This document shows, piece by piece, positions 43,138 through 51,398 of a stretch of DNA of 64,000 nt. The DNA comes from Mycobacteriales bacterium (GTDB lineage: Bacteria > Actinomycetota > Actinomycetes > JAFAQI01): the NCBI GenBank assembly GCA_036268405.1, contig DATAUF010000121.1, positions 9,086 through 73,085 on the forward strand, read 5' to 3'. Position numbers and translations under genes: made by a program. Each line of letters opens with the position of its first letter. Positions within the stretch are counted from its first letter, which is position 1. The notes under the pieces are model-generated. The model was given only the letters and a program-made list of their open reading frames with translations, ran no database searches and was not told the DNA's origin.

Positions 43138-43845
43138 CTAGCCGGCCGGGGTGAAGTGACCCTGCAGGTGCCAGTAGCCGGAGAAGCCGTTGAACGGACC
43201 ACCGACGATCTGGCTGGTCCACGTCAGGACGAACTTCCCGGTCGTCGCGTCGTACGTCCCCGTCACCGGCGTGGTGTTGCCCGGCATCGATCCGCCTGGC
43301 TTGGGTGAGCCCTGGTTGAAGTACTGGTTGTTCCAGGACGCGCCCCACGACTCGATCTGACCCGACAGCTTGCCGTTCGAGTCGGTGATCGACGGAGCCG
43401 GGACGGTGCGCTTGCTCTGCGGATCGACCTTGTCGGTCTCGATCCCGAAGTTGATGGCGGTGAACGACTGCGGCACCGTGATCAGATCCGCGAGTGAGTT
43501 GCCGTTGGCGTCGAACGCCTTGGCGGGGCTCGGCTGGAATGTCCCCGTGGTCAGCCCGCCGTCCTTGCCAGGACGCTCGGCGGAGAACGACGGGTCCTTG
43601 CACGTCGAGTCCGGGTTGGTGAAGTACGGGCCCTTCGCGAGCGTGCCGTTCGCCTCGATCATTCGGAAGTAGGTGCCCGTCGGGCTTGCGGCCTTGCAGT
43701 TGCCGGCGGTGAAGTGGAACGTCCCGACTAGGGGCTTGCCACCACTGGCCGGCGTGCCGCTGCCTGAGGAGCCGCCACCGCAAGCTGCTGCTGCGAAAGC
43801 GAGCGCGGCGGCTGAGACTGCGAACCGTGCGGTGCGGGTGGTCAT
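43138..43845 (-). CDS. Uncharacterised secreted protein family, paralog 3 (lipoprotein)
   Basis: ATGA overlap with the upstream membrane-protein stop. Lipobox LAFAAAAC. Motifs: LVGTFHFTAGNCK..TGTYF, GKDGGLTTGTFQ, KAFDANGN, WNNQYFNQGSPKPGGS, VTGTYDATTGKFVLTWTSQ, WHLQGHFTP. Only the 3' part of track ORF 43138-44370 is real. Confidence 0.65.
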   Translation of the reverse strand: MTTRTARFAVSAAALAFAAAACGGGSSGSGTPASGGKPLVGTFHFTAGNCKAASPTGTYFRMIEANGTLAKGPYFTNPDSTCKDPSFSAERPGKDGGLTTGTFQPSPAKAFDANGNSLADLITVPQSFTAINFGIETDKVDPQSKRTVPAPSITDSNGKLSGQIESWGASWNNQYFNQGSPKPGGSMPGNTTPVTGTYDATTGKFVLTWTSQIVGGPFNGFSGYWHLQGHFTPAG

Positions 43846-44786
43846 GACTCTTCCTTCTTGTTGAAGACGGCGATACCGGCAACAAGCAGGCCGGGGATGA
43901 CGAAGAACCACGGGAAGAGCTTGAACGACGGCAGCGCCGCAATCGCCTGGTAGCGCGGCTCGCTGTCGCTCATCGCCCCGATCATCGGCGTCATGTCGTT
44001 GAGGAGGTGGACCCACCGGGTGTCCAGAGTCGTGACGGCTGGGTAGTCCGTGGCGAGCTGCCGACCGGTCAAGCCTGTCGAGTGCAGCGCCGGAACGATG
44101 TCTTTGCGGATCGCGCCCTGGCCGACTGCCATCGTCGAGAAGAAGCCCTGGATCTGCTCCACCTTCTGCGTCGTCTCGATGTTGCTGAACGTCGACATCA
44201 TCGTTGCGCCCTTGGGGGCGCGCGTGAACATCTGGAAGGCGACCGGCGCAAGGATCAGCCCGATGCCCAGCACCCCAAGCGCGATGCGCACCGGTGTCGC
44301 GGCCAGTCCGCCGAGCAGACCGAGGATGGCGAAGCCGGCGATCAGGAGGCCGGGAATCACGAAGAACCACGGGAAGAGCCGGAAGCTCGGCAGCGCGGCG
44401 ACCGCCTGGTAGTCCCCGAGGCTGCCGTGCACCTTGTCCAAGAGGTCGGTCATCGTCGAGTCGATCTCAGGCCACTGCCTCTGCAAGCCGCGGTAGGTCG
44501 AGAGGTCCTGGCGGGCCGAGTTCGGCCGCTTCGCCCGCAGCCGGGGAATCGCCTTGGTGTCGACCTCGTGGACGGCCTCGCGGATCTGGCCGATCTCCTG
44601 CTGGAACCCATCCAGGCGCTGGTCTGTCATGAACGGCTTGAAGTCCTGGAGCATGACTGCGCCCTTGGGGGCCCGCGTGAACATCTGGAATGCGACGGGT
44701 GCGGCGGCGAGACCGATGCCGATCACGGCGGCGATCACCAGCAGTACTCCCGTTCGGCCGCTCGGCCGGCCTGCGATCGATCCCAT
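43842..44786 (-). CDS. Internally duplicated 4-TM membrane protein, unknown function
   Basis: Start at ATG 44786 (MGSIAGRPSGRTGVLLV...). Two ~150-aa units, each TM-APVAFQMFTRAPKGA-(~100-aa loop)-ALPSF(R/K)LFPWFFVIPGLL(I/V)AG. Confidence 0.65.
   Translation of the reverse strand: MGSIAGRPSGRTGVLLVIAAVIGIGLAAAPVAFQMFTRAPKGAVMLQDFKPFMTDQRLDGFQQEIGQIREAVHEVDTKAIPRLRAKRPNSARQDLSTYRGLQRQWPEIDSTMTDLLDKVHGSLGDYQAVAALPSFRLFPWFFVIPGLLIAGFAILGLLGGLAATPVRIALGVLGIGLILAPVAFQMFTRAPKGATMMSTFSNIETTQKVEQIQGFFSTMAVGQGAIRKDIVPALHSTGLTGRQLATDYPAVTTLDTRWVHLLNDMTPMIGAMSDSEPRYQAIAALPSFKLFPWFFVIPGLLVAGIAVFNKKEES
43870..44786 (-). repeat. Intragenic tandem duplication (period ~453-459 bp) inside the membrane-protein gene
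   Basis: gaagaaccacgggaagagc occurs at 43902-43920 and 44361-44379. cgcgtgaacatctggaa occurs at 44221-44237 and 44674-44690. Flanking sequence is clearly similar by eye. Confidence 0.6.
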
Positions 44787-44831
44787 AATATGGAGTAATA
44801 TACCTGAGTAAGTGGGGTTAGACTGCACGGT

Positions 44832-45881
44832 ATGGCTCGGACAGGAGTGCGCGTGCCGATGAAGCATCGATCATGGCCGGCGGTCGCGGCCGTTGCGATG
44901 TCGATCTTTGGCGTCGCCGCCGCGACCGCGGGCGCAAGTCCCGCGCTGGCGTCGAACCGGCTGACCGGGACGCTCTACCTCTCCCCGGGCGGCTGCTCCC
45001 ACGGGTCGGTCTCCGGCACGTACATCCAGATGATCCTTCCCAGTGGCTCGACGTCGGGCCCGTACATGTCCAACAGCGACTCCTCGTGCTCCAACCAGGC
45101 CTACACGCTGCTGTCCCCTGGCAGCGAGGGCGGGCTGCGCTTCGGCTCCTACCAGCCGCTGCCGTCGCCGGCGTTCGACTCGGCCGGCAACGCGACCGCA
45201 CACGAGATCTCCGCTCCGGCGCAGTACGAAGGCACCGGCTTCGCGACCTCGACAAACCCGGTGGACCCGCAGACTCACGCCAAGGTCCCGGCCCCGTCGC
45301 TGACGATTCACGGCAGCAAAGTGAGCGCCGACGTCCGCAGCTTCTCAGTGTCGTGGAACAAGCAGTACTTCAACCAGGGCTCCCCGAAGCCCGACGGCAG
45401 TGACCCGGGGATCACGCGGCCCGCGACCGGCACCTACGACGCGGCCAGCGGCGCCATGACGTTGAACTGGACGAGCGAGGTCGTCGGCGGTCCCTTCGAC
45501 AAGTTCACCGGCTCATGGCACCTCGTCGGCCGCTTCGTGCCGACCTCAGGCAGCACCTCGAGCGGTGGCGGACACGCCGGAAGTGGTGGTGGCTCGTCGG
45601 GTGCCGCGGGCGTGGCGGCGACCGCGACGGCTGCTGCCACCGCGACCGCGAACGCCGGTGGAAAGCACGTATCTGCAGCGCCAACAACGAATGCCCGCGC
45701 CTCGTCCCAGCAAGCGGCAGCCACCGCGACCCAGGCAGCCGTATCGACCGTTGTCTCCAAGCACACGTGGCGCGTGTCGTGGTGGCTGATCGCGCTTGCG
45801 CTCGCGTTGGCGGTTGCGGGCTTCGGAGGCTTGGCGGCGCTAGGACGTGCGGGACCGACTGACTCGGTGCCGAAGTCATGA
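44832..45881 (+). CDS. Uncharacterised secreted protein family, paralog 4 (signal peptide + C-terminal TM anchor)
   Basis: Motifs: LTGTLYLSPGGCS..SGTYI, YTLLSPGSEGGLRFGSYQ, PAFDSAGN, WNKQYFNQGSPKPDGS, ATGTYDAASGAMTLNWTSE, WHLVGRFVP. Then a Gly/Ser/Ala/Thr linker and TM WWLIALALALAVAGFGGLAAL. The true start may be GTG 44853 (5 nt after AGGAG) or ATG 44859. Confidence 0.65.
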   Translation: MARTGVRVPMKHRSWPAVAAVAMSIFGVAAATAGASPALASNRLTGTLYLSPGGCSHGSVSGTYIQMILPSGSTSGPYMSNSDSSCSNQAYTLLSPGSEGGLRFGSYQPLPSPAFDSAGNATAHEISAPAQYEGTGFATSTNPVDPQTHAKVPAPSLTIHGSKVSADVRSFSVSWNKQYFNQGSPKPDGSDPGITRPATGTYDAASGAMTLNWTSEVVGGPFDKFTGSWHLVGRFVPTSGSTSSGGGHAGSGGGSSGAAGVAATATAAATATANAGGKHVSAAPTTNARASSQQAAATATQAAVSTVVSKHTWRVSWWLIALALALAVAGFGGLAALGRAGPTDSVPKS

Positions 45882-46630
45882 AGATGCTTGGACTCTCGAC
45901 TCGCGTCATGCGAGCCGGCCTGACGGCGCTGATCGTGCTCGACCTTCTTGCGGTTGCCGCCTTTGCCGTCCGTCGTACCACGGTGACGGTGCGGACGACT
46001 CGACCGGCGGCCAGCTCGAGCCCGACAGATGTCAGCGCGGCGCCGCCTAGCAGTGCCCCTTCGACGGTCGCGCCATCGGCACCCGCGGTCGCTATCGCGG
46101 CGGGCGGCGGCAGCGGTTCGTCGGCCGTGCCGACCAGCGATGGCCACGGCACATCCACGGCGCCTGCCCCACCTCCCAAGAGCGGCATCCCGCCAGTCCG
46201 GATCGCCGCGATCGGAAAGTGCCCGGTCAAGATCTCGACGCCGGACCAGATCGGCGGCGTGCAGTCGCTGGTGGCGTTCGCCCCGGCGTTCGGCCCGTTC
46301 TCTGCGGAGGCCTTCGCGGCTGCATCGGCGTACCAGCCGGAGCTCGAGCTGCTCGGCCCGATCCTCGCGCAGTACCCCAAGGCAGCACCGGTTCTCGACC
46401 CGCTGCTGGCTCCCGTGCTGGGGTTGTTCGCGCAGGGTTCGACCACGCTGTTCGGTGTGCTGGCGCCGTTCTATGCGCCGCATCGGACCGAGGTGCTGTC
46501 GGCGGAGACACAGCTCGCCGCGGCGCTCGCGCCGTACTCCGCGAAGCTGGCAGGAACACCTATGGCCGGTTGTGTGGTTGAGCTAGAGGCAGCTCTGGTC
46601 GGCGACACCAAGAGCGACAAGAGCAAGTAG
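45878..46630 (+). CDS. N-terminally anchored Pro/Ala/Ser-rich envelope protein, unknown function
   Basis: ATGA overlap with the paralog 4 stop. TM LTALIVLDLLAVAAFAV, a PAS-rich linker, and an Ala/Pro/Leu-rich C-terminal domain. Confidence 0.5.
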   Translation: MKMLGLSTRVMRAGLTALIVLDLLAVAAFAVRRTTVTVRTTRPAASSSPTDVSAAPPSSAPSTVAPSAPAVAIAAGGGSGSSAVPTSDGHGTSTAPAPPPKSGIPPVRIAAIGKCPVKISTPDQIGGVQSLVAFAPAFGPFSAEAFAAASAYQPELELLGPILAQYPKAAPVLDPLLAPVLGLFAQGSTTLFGVLAPFYAPHRTEVLSAETQLAAALAPYSAKLAGTPMAGCVVELEAALVGDTKSDKSK

Positions 46631-46634
46631 GAGG

Positions 46635-47168
46635 ATGACGGACGTGGCCAAGGTGTTCGGTTTCCCCAACCCCGTCAACGAGAAGGCGGCCCGCACGGTC
46701 GCCGGCGTCGTGCTTGCAGTGACCGTTGTCACGCTCGTGCTGAGCGTCACGGCAGGACATGCCTGGCTGTGGATCACCGCGGCGCTCGCCTACGGCTTCG
46801 TTGCCCGCGTGCTCACGGGGCCCACGCTCAGCCCGCTCGGCAGGTTCGCGATGACGGTGGTCGCGCCGCGACTCGGCGAACCGCGGCCCGTTGCCGGACC
46901 GCCGAAGCGGTTTGCTCAGGGAGTGGGCGCGGCGTTCACCCTGAGTGCGGTGGTCCTGCTCGCGCTCGGCCACCCGCTCGGCACCCAGATCCTGCTCGGC
47001 TTCATGGTCATCGCTGCGGGCCTCGAGTCGATCTTCGCCTACTGCCTGGGATGCAAGGCCTTCGCCGGCTTGATGCGGTTCGGCCTGATTCCCGAGGAGG
47101 TCTGCGAGGCGTGCAACGACATCTCGCTGCGCGCCCCGATCCAGACGGCTGGGGCCCTGACCCGGTAG
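46635..47168 (+). CDS. DUF4395 family membrane protein
   Basis: FPNPVNEKAAR..., 4 TM segments, and conserved Cys pairs AYCLGCKAF and EEVCEACND, as I recall for DUF4395. Confidence 0.65.
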   Translation: MTDVAKVFGFPNPVNEKAARTVAGVVLAVTVVTLVLSVTAGHAWLWITAALAYGFVARVLTGPTLSPLGRFAMTVVAPRLGEPRPVAGPPKRFAQGVGAAFTLSAVVLLALGHPLGTQILLGFMVIAAGLESIFAYCLGCKAFAGLMRFGLIPEEVCEACNDISLRAPIQTAGALTR

Positions 47169-47190
47169 CTGCTGAGGCACTATTGCGGGC

Positions 47191-48306
47191 ATGCGTACGC
47201 CGTTGTGTGACCGCCTTGGCATCGAGTTCCCGATCTTCGCGTTCAGCCATTGCCGCGACGTCGTCGCTGCGGTGACCAATGCCGGCGGCATCGGAGTGCT
47301 CGGCGCCGTTGCGCACAGCCCGCAGGGTCTCGAGACCGACCTGGCGTGGATCGATGAGCAGGTCGGCGACAAGCCGTACGGTGTCGACCTGCTGCTACCG
47401 GTTACGTTCGCCCCGACCGGCAGTGCGCAGCCCCGACAGCTCGATGACCTGTTCCCCGCCGAGCAGGTCGACTTCGTCGAGGATGTGCTGACCCGTCACG
47501 GGGTGCCGGCGCTGCCGGAAGGCGTCGAGGCGCACCGAGCTTCGATGAGCGTCTCGCCGGAGGCCAACAACACCCTGCTCGACATCGCGCTGGACCACCC
47601 GATCCGCCTGCTGGCCAGCGCTCTTGGTCCGCCCTCGGCGGAGCTCATCGACCGCGCGCACGAACGCAACATCGTCGTTGCTGCGCTGGTCGGCGCCGCG
47701 TCGCACGCCCGCCGGCAGCAGGAGGCCGGCGTCGACCTGATCGTCGCGCAGGGCACCGAGGCCGGGGGTCATACCGGCATGGTCTCGACGATGGTGCTCG
47801 TGCCCGAGGTCGTCCGTGCGGTGCACCCGTTGCCGGTGCTCGCGGCAGGGGGGATCGTGACCGGTGCGCAGGTCGCGGCTGCGATGGCGCTCGGCGCGCA
47901 AGGCGTGTGGTGCGGGTCGGTCTGGCTCACGACCGCCGAAGCCGAGACCGACCCGGTCGTCAAGCAGAAGATGCTGGCTGCCTCTGCCAGCGACACCGTC
48001 CGCTCTCGTTCGCTGACCGGAAAGCCCGCGCGGATGCTGCGTACCGCGTGGACCGACGAGTGGGAGGCACCGGACGCGCCCGCGACGCTGCCGATGCCGT
48101 TGCAGACGATGCTGGTCGCGACCGCGCAGCAGCGGATCGCCCGCGACGCGAAGACCGCTGGCAGCGGAGCGGAGTCATTGGCGACGTACTTCGTCGGACA
48201 GGGCGTCGGCCTGATGGACAAGATCCGCCCGGCGCGCGAGATCGTCGAGGAGATGGTCTCGGGCTATCTCGAGGTCGCCGAACGCTTCGCGAGCCAGGTC
48301 CGCTAG
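47191..48306 (+). CDS. Nitronate monooxygenase (NMO / 2-nitropropane dioxygenase-like, FMN)
   Basis: LGIEFPIFAFSHCRDVVAAVTNAGGIGVLG...VDLIVAQGTEAGGHTG...LAAGGIVTG. Confidence 0.8.
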   Translation: MRTPLCDRLGIEFPIFAFSHCRDVVAAVTNAGGIGVLGAVAHSPQGLETDLAWIDEQVGDKPYGVDLLLPVTFAPTGSAQPRQLDDLFPAEQVDFVEDVLTRHGVPALPEGVEAHRASMSVSPEANNTLLDIALDHPIRLLASALGPPSAELIDRAHERNIVVAALVGAASHARRQQEAGVDLIVAQGTEAGGHTGMVSTMVLVPEVVRAVHPLPVLAAGGIVTGAQVAAAMALGAQGVWCGSVWLTTAEAETDPVVKQKMLAASASDTVRSRSLTGKPARMLRTAWTDEWEAPDAPATLPMPLQTMLVATAQQRIARDAKTAGSGAESLATYFVGQGVGLMDKIRPAREIVEEMVSGYLEVAERFASQVR

Positions 48307-49010
48307 GCCGTCTTGATCTTGAACGCGCCGCCTGGTGTCGTCAGCAGACCAGGGGCCGCCTTCGCCTCCAGGCGGTACGTCACGGTCACGTGTCTCGCTG
48401 AGGTCCAGGTAAAGGTCGTCGCCCAGGCGTGAAGCTTGGACTTGTACGTCAACGTCTCGACGGTCTTCCAGCGACTTCCGCTCTTTCGCTGCAGCACCAT
48501 GTGGCCTTTGGCCGGTCGAGGCTTTGCGTTGCCGGTGACGGTGACGCTCTGGTGGCGAACTGCCGTGTTGGGCGACGTCCAGGTGAGCGACTTGTAGGGC
48601 TTCGCCGCCGGCGTCGACGTCACGTGGCGGAACGTGAGGACTGCGGCGCCGCCGGCAGGCTCGTTGTCACCTGTCGTGAGTGTCTCGGTCCATACGTGAC
48701 CTTGGGTGGAGCCAGGCGGGCCCTCGAAGTCGCCGCCGAAGTCGTCGGAGGTGAGCGTGTACGGCGGATTGACGGTGCCGTCGCCGCCGGCCTCGTTCAG
48801 GGACCACGGCTGGGTGTCGGGCATGGTCGATGTCACGGTCTCGTTCATGTTCGACGTCAACGCAATCGTGACCACGCACGTATCGGCGTCCGATGAGACG
48901 CAGGTGAACGACTGAGCCCCCGTCGCCGTCGCGGGCACGGCGGCCGACGCGACGAGCAGCAGCGCGCCCGAGGTCACGGAGACGATCGCCATCATTTGTC
49001 GCACGGTCAT
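48303..49010 (-). CDS. Secreted protein, unknown function (C-terminal Ig-like domain)
   Basis: Signal peptide IVSVTSGALLLVASAAVPATATG. C-terminal VTVTGNAKPRPAKGHMVLQRKSGSRWKTVETLTY is beta-sandwich-like. Confidence 0.5.
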   Translation of the reverse strand: MTVRQMMAIVSVTSGALLLVASAAVPATATGAQSFTCVSSDADTCVVTIALTSNMNETVTSTMPDTQPWSLNEAGGDGTVNPPYTLTSDDFGGDFEGPPGSTQGHVWTETLTTGDNEPAGGAAVLTFRHVTSTPAAKPYKSLTWTSPNTAVRHQSVTVTGNAKPRPAKGHMVLQRKSGSRWKTVETLTYKSKLHAWATTFTWTSARHVTVTYRLEAKAAPGLLTTPGGAFKIKTA

Positions 49011-49055
49011 CGGGCCCCACCCACCGTCGTCGGTCCCCGAAACGTACTCCCGGAG

Positions 49056-50453
49056 CTAACAGCCGGTCGAGATCCGAATCTGGTGTGCCTTGTTGGTCAG
49101 CGGCGTGTTCGGCATCTTGAAGGCCCCGCCGCCGAGAGCAACGCCGCAGGTGCCGACGTAGATGCCGGGAAGCGGGTAGACGGGCAGCGCCGGCGAGCCC
49201 ATCGCGTCCGGGTCCTCGAAGAACTGGAAGCCAGGCTCGTTGCTCACGGTGTGGGCCTCGTGCTTGCGCCAGTAGTCCATTCCGCCCTTGGTGTTCTTGG
49301 TGCCACTCGACGACGGGTTCTTCTTCGAGGTGTCGCAGTTTGCCGGTGCATCCGGCTGCGGCTTGGTGACGTTGCTCTGCTCGCCGCCGCTGTTGCAGCT
49401 GTAGGGGTCCCACTTCTTGCCGGTGTAGTCGAATGAGTCGCGTTCGGAGTTCTTGCCGTTGCCCTTGCAGCGGTCCTGCTGGCGCACCTCGCCGGTGTTG
49501 GCGTCGCAGCCTTGGTAGATCATCTGCTTCTCGGTGGTTGCGCCGAGGCAGATGCCGTCCGCGCAGAAACCGGTCCCGGCGTTGAGCAGGCCCTCGGGCT
49601 GAGTCAGCGTGCCTGACTGCGCAAGCCGCTGCGGCGTGAAGATCAGCATCACCGCGCCACCGTCGGACGGTCCGACCACTGAGCCGTGCGACAGCGCGGA
49701 GCTGAGCGGACCCTCGCCGTCGTGCTCGCCGTTATCGCTGTTGTCGTCCATGCCGTAGTAGAGGCTGAAACCCTCGGTCAGGACCTTGGAGACGTTCTGC
49801 TCCAGCCCGGTGTCGAGCGAGAGCTTGTTCTGGCCGATGTCGCCACCCGGGATCGACGTGCACTTGTAGGGGAACGACGGAATCATGGCCGCGATCGGGC
49901 AGTAGAACTGGTAGTAGTCCCAGTCGAGCGCGAAGCCTGCGCCGGCCTTGTTGTCGCCGCACCCGTACTTTGTCTGGTCGTGGGCCTTCGAGACGGACTC
50001 GGGCTTCTTGCCCTCCGGCACCGCACCGCCCTTGGTGCCGTCCGTGTTGACCGCGAGACATCCCGCGTGGGTCGCTGAGCTCTGCCCGGGGTAGCCGATC
50101 GAGTAGAGGGTCTTGGTCCCCTTGGAGTTCTCGTCGTTCGGCGACTGGTCGATGCCGAACTGCAGCCAGTCGATGTTGGTCGCGCCGTGGTCACCGAAGC
50201 GCGGAGAGTCGTTGTAGCCGTTGTTGGGGTTGCCGTTGGTGATCCCACCGCTTTCCAGCGTCAGCTGGGCGGTGTGGCAGCCCGGATAGGTCTTGTACTG
50301 CGGCGTGTTCCATTCGCTGGCGTACCACGGGCAGTCCTGCTGTGGTGAGCCGTAGCCGCCACCGCTGACGGCGTAGGCCACGCCGCCCGCGGCCATCGAC
50401 AGCAGAACCGCGGCGATCCCCGTGAGGGACAGAGTCGGGATCAAACGGCGCAT
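49056..50453 (-). CDS. Cys-rich secreted protein, unknown function
   Basis: Start at ATG 50453 (MRRLIPTLSLTGIAAVLLSMAAGGVAYA). About 15 Cys. Composition is unusually rich in Asn/Lys/Tyr/Gly/Asp for this genome. I recognise no family. Confidence 0.55.
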   Translation of the reverse strand: MRRLIPTLSLTGIAAVLLSMAAGGVAYAVSGGGYGSPQQDCPWYASEWNTPQYKTYPGCHTAQLTLESGGITNGNPNNGYNDSPRFGDHGATNIDWLQFGIDQSPNDENSKGTKTLYSIGYPGQSSATHAGCLAVNTDGTKGGAVPEGKKPESVSKAHDQTKYGCGDNKAGAGFALDWDYYQFYCPIAAMIPSFPYKCTSIPGGDIGQNKLSLDTGLEQNVSKVLTEGFSLYYGMDDNSDNGEHDGEGPLSSALSHGSVVGPSDGGAVMLIFTPQRLAQSGTLTQPEGLLNAGTGFCADGICLGATTEKQMIYQGCDANTGEVRQQDRCKGNGKNSERDSFDYTGKKWDPYSCNSGGEQSNVTKPQPDAPANCDTSKKNPSSSGTKNTKGGMDYWRKHEAHTVSNEPGFQFFEDPDAMGSPALPVYPLPGIYVGTCGVALGGGAFKMPNTPLTNKAHQIRISTGC

Positions 50454-50511
50454 CCGGGAGCCTCCAGCTACTGGGTCCACAACGTCCATGACCATGACGC
50501 CGACGTCATGG

Positions 50512-50946
50512 TCATCGTTGACCATTTCGACGTTTGCCGACAACCTCCTGCGCCGCCTCTGGGCTTGCGAACACCAGCCAACCGTCGACCAGCGCCTCTT
50601 TGACGTCGGCGACCCGCGCCTGCTTCAGCTCGATGAGGATCGCGGCGTAGCCGTCGAAGTGCGGGATGGTGAAGAACCCGGCCTTGCCGGCCGCGAGCAC
50701 CGCTTCCTTTTCCGCGAGATCGGCCACCCGGATCGCGACGATCGGGTCGCCCGGCACCGGCTCCTCGCCGTAACGGCGGATGTCGGCCTTGCTGAAGGTG
50801 CGCTCCCAGGCGAAGGTCTTGTCGGCCAGCCGCCAGGTCCGCTGTCCGCGCCGGTCGGCTTCTTCGACCCCGGGCAGGGCGAGCGCAATCTCCGCGACCC
50901 GCGCCAGCGTCACCACGCCCGGCACGTTATCGCGACGACTTGACAC
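50512..50946 (-). CDS. MmcQ/YjbR family DNA-binding-fold protein
   Basis: VAEIALALPGVEE....RTWRLADKTFAWERTF...FFTIPHFDGYAAILIEL. Confidence 0.55.
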   Translation of the reverse strand: MSSRRDNVPGVVTLARVAEIALALPGVEEADRRGQRTWRLADKTFAWERTFSKADIRRYGEEPVPGDPIVAIRVADLAEKEAVLAAGKAGFFTIPHFDGYAAILIELKQARVADVKEALVDGWLVFASPEAAQEVVGKRRNGQR

Positions 50947-50963
50947 GGAGAACGGTCAGTGGT

Positions 50964-50991
50964 CTATTTATCTAGTTACCTAGTGTAATAG
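50964..50991. promoter_or_regulatory. Candidate YtrA/GntR operator (nested inverted repeat)
   Basis: CTATT-tatCTAGttacCTAGtgt-AATAG lies in the AT-rich spacer 15 nt upstream of the GntR start. Confidence 0.3.
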
Positions 50992-51005
50992 CGATGGGAT
51001 GTCAC

Positions 51006-51398
51006 ATGATCGAGTTCCACCTCGACAGCAGGTCAGGGGTGTCGCCGTACCTTCAGCTCGTCCAGCAGGTACGCCATGCGTTGCGGCTCGGAATCCTTGC
51101 GCCGGGGGACCAGCTCCCCACCGTCAAGGACGTCGTCGGCACGCTTGCGATCAATCCCAACACCGTCCTCAAGGCCTATCGCGAGCTCGAGCACGCCGGC
51201 CTGGCGAGCGGGCGCCCGGGCGTCGGCACGTTTGTCACTGCGACGCTGCCGGATGCGCCACTCGCGGCACAGATCCCGATCCGCCGCGACCTCGAGCGCT
51301 GGCTCACCAAGGCAAGGGCCGCCGGCCTTGACGACGAGAGCATCGAGGCGATGTTTCGCGACTCCTTTCGGCTCTCGACATCGCGGGAGATCGCATGA
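51006..51398 (+). CDS. GntR family transcriptional regulator, YtrA subfamily
   Basis: PYLQLVQQVRHALRLGILAPGDQLPTVKDVVGTLAINPNTVLKAYRELEHAGL. Short (~130 aa) and followed by ABC ATPase and permease genes, as in ytrA operons. Confidence 0.85.
   Translation: MIEFHLDSRSGVSPYLQLVQQVRHALRLGILAPGDQLPTVKDVVGTLAINPNTVLKAYRELEHAGLASGRPGVGTFVTATLPDAPLAAQIPIRRDLERWLTKARAAGLDDESIEAMFRDSFRLSTSREIA

Noticed and set aside
45540-45740. Apparent GC-rich short tandem repetition (gcgaccgcgacggctgctgccaccgcgaccgcg...)
   Set aside because: It encodes the Gly/Ser/Ala/Thr low-complexity linker of paralog 4 between its domain and its C-terminal TM anchor. It is not a non-coding repeat or a CRISPR-like array.
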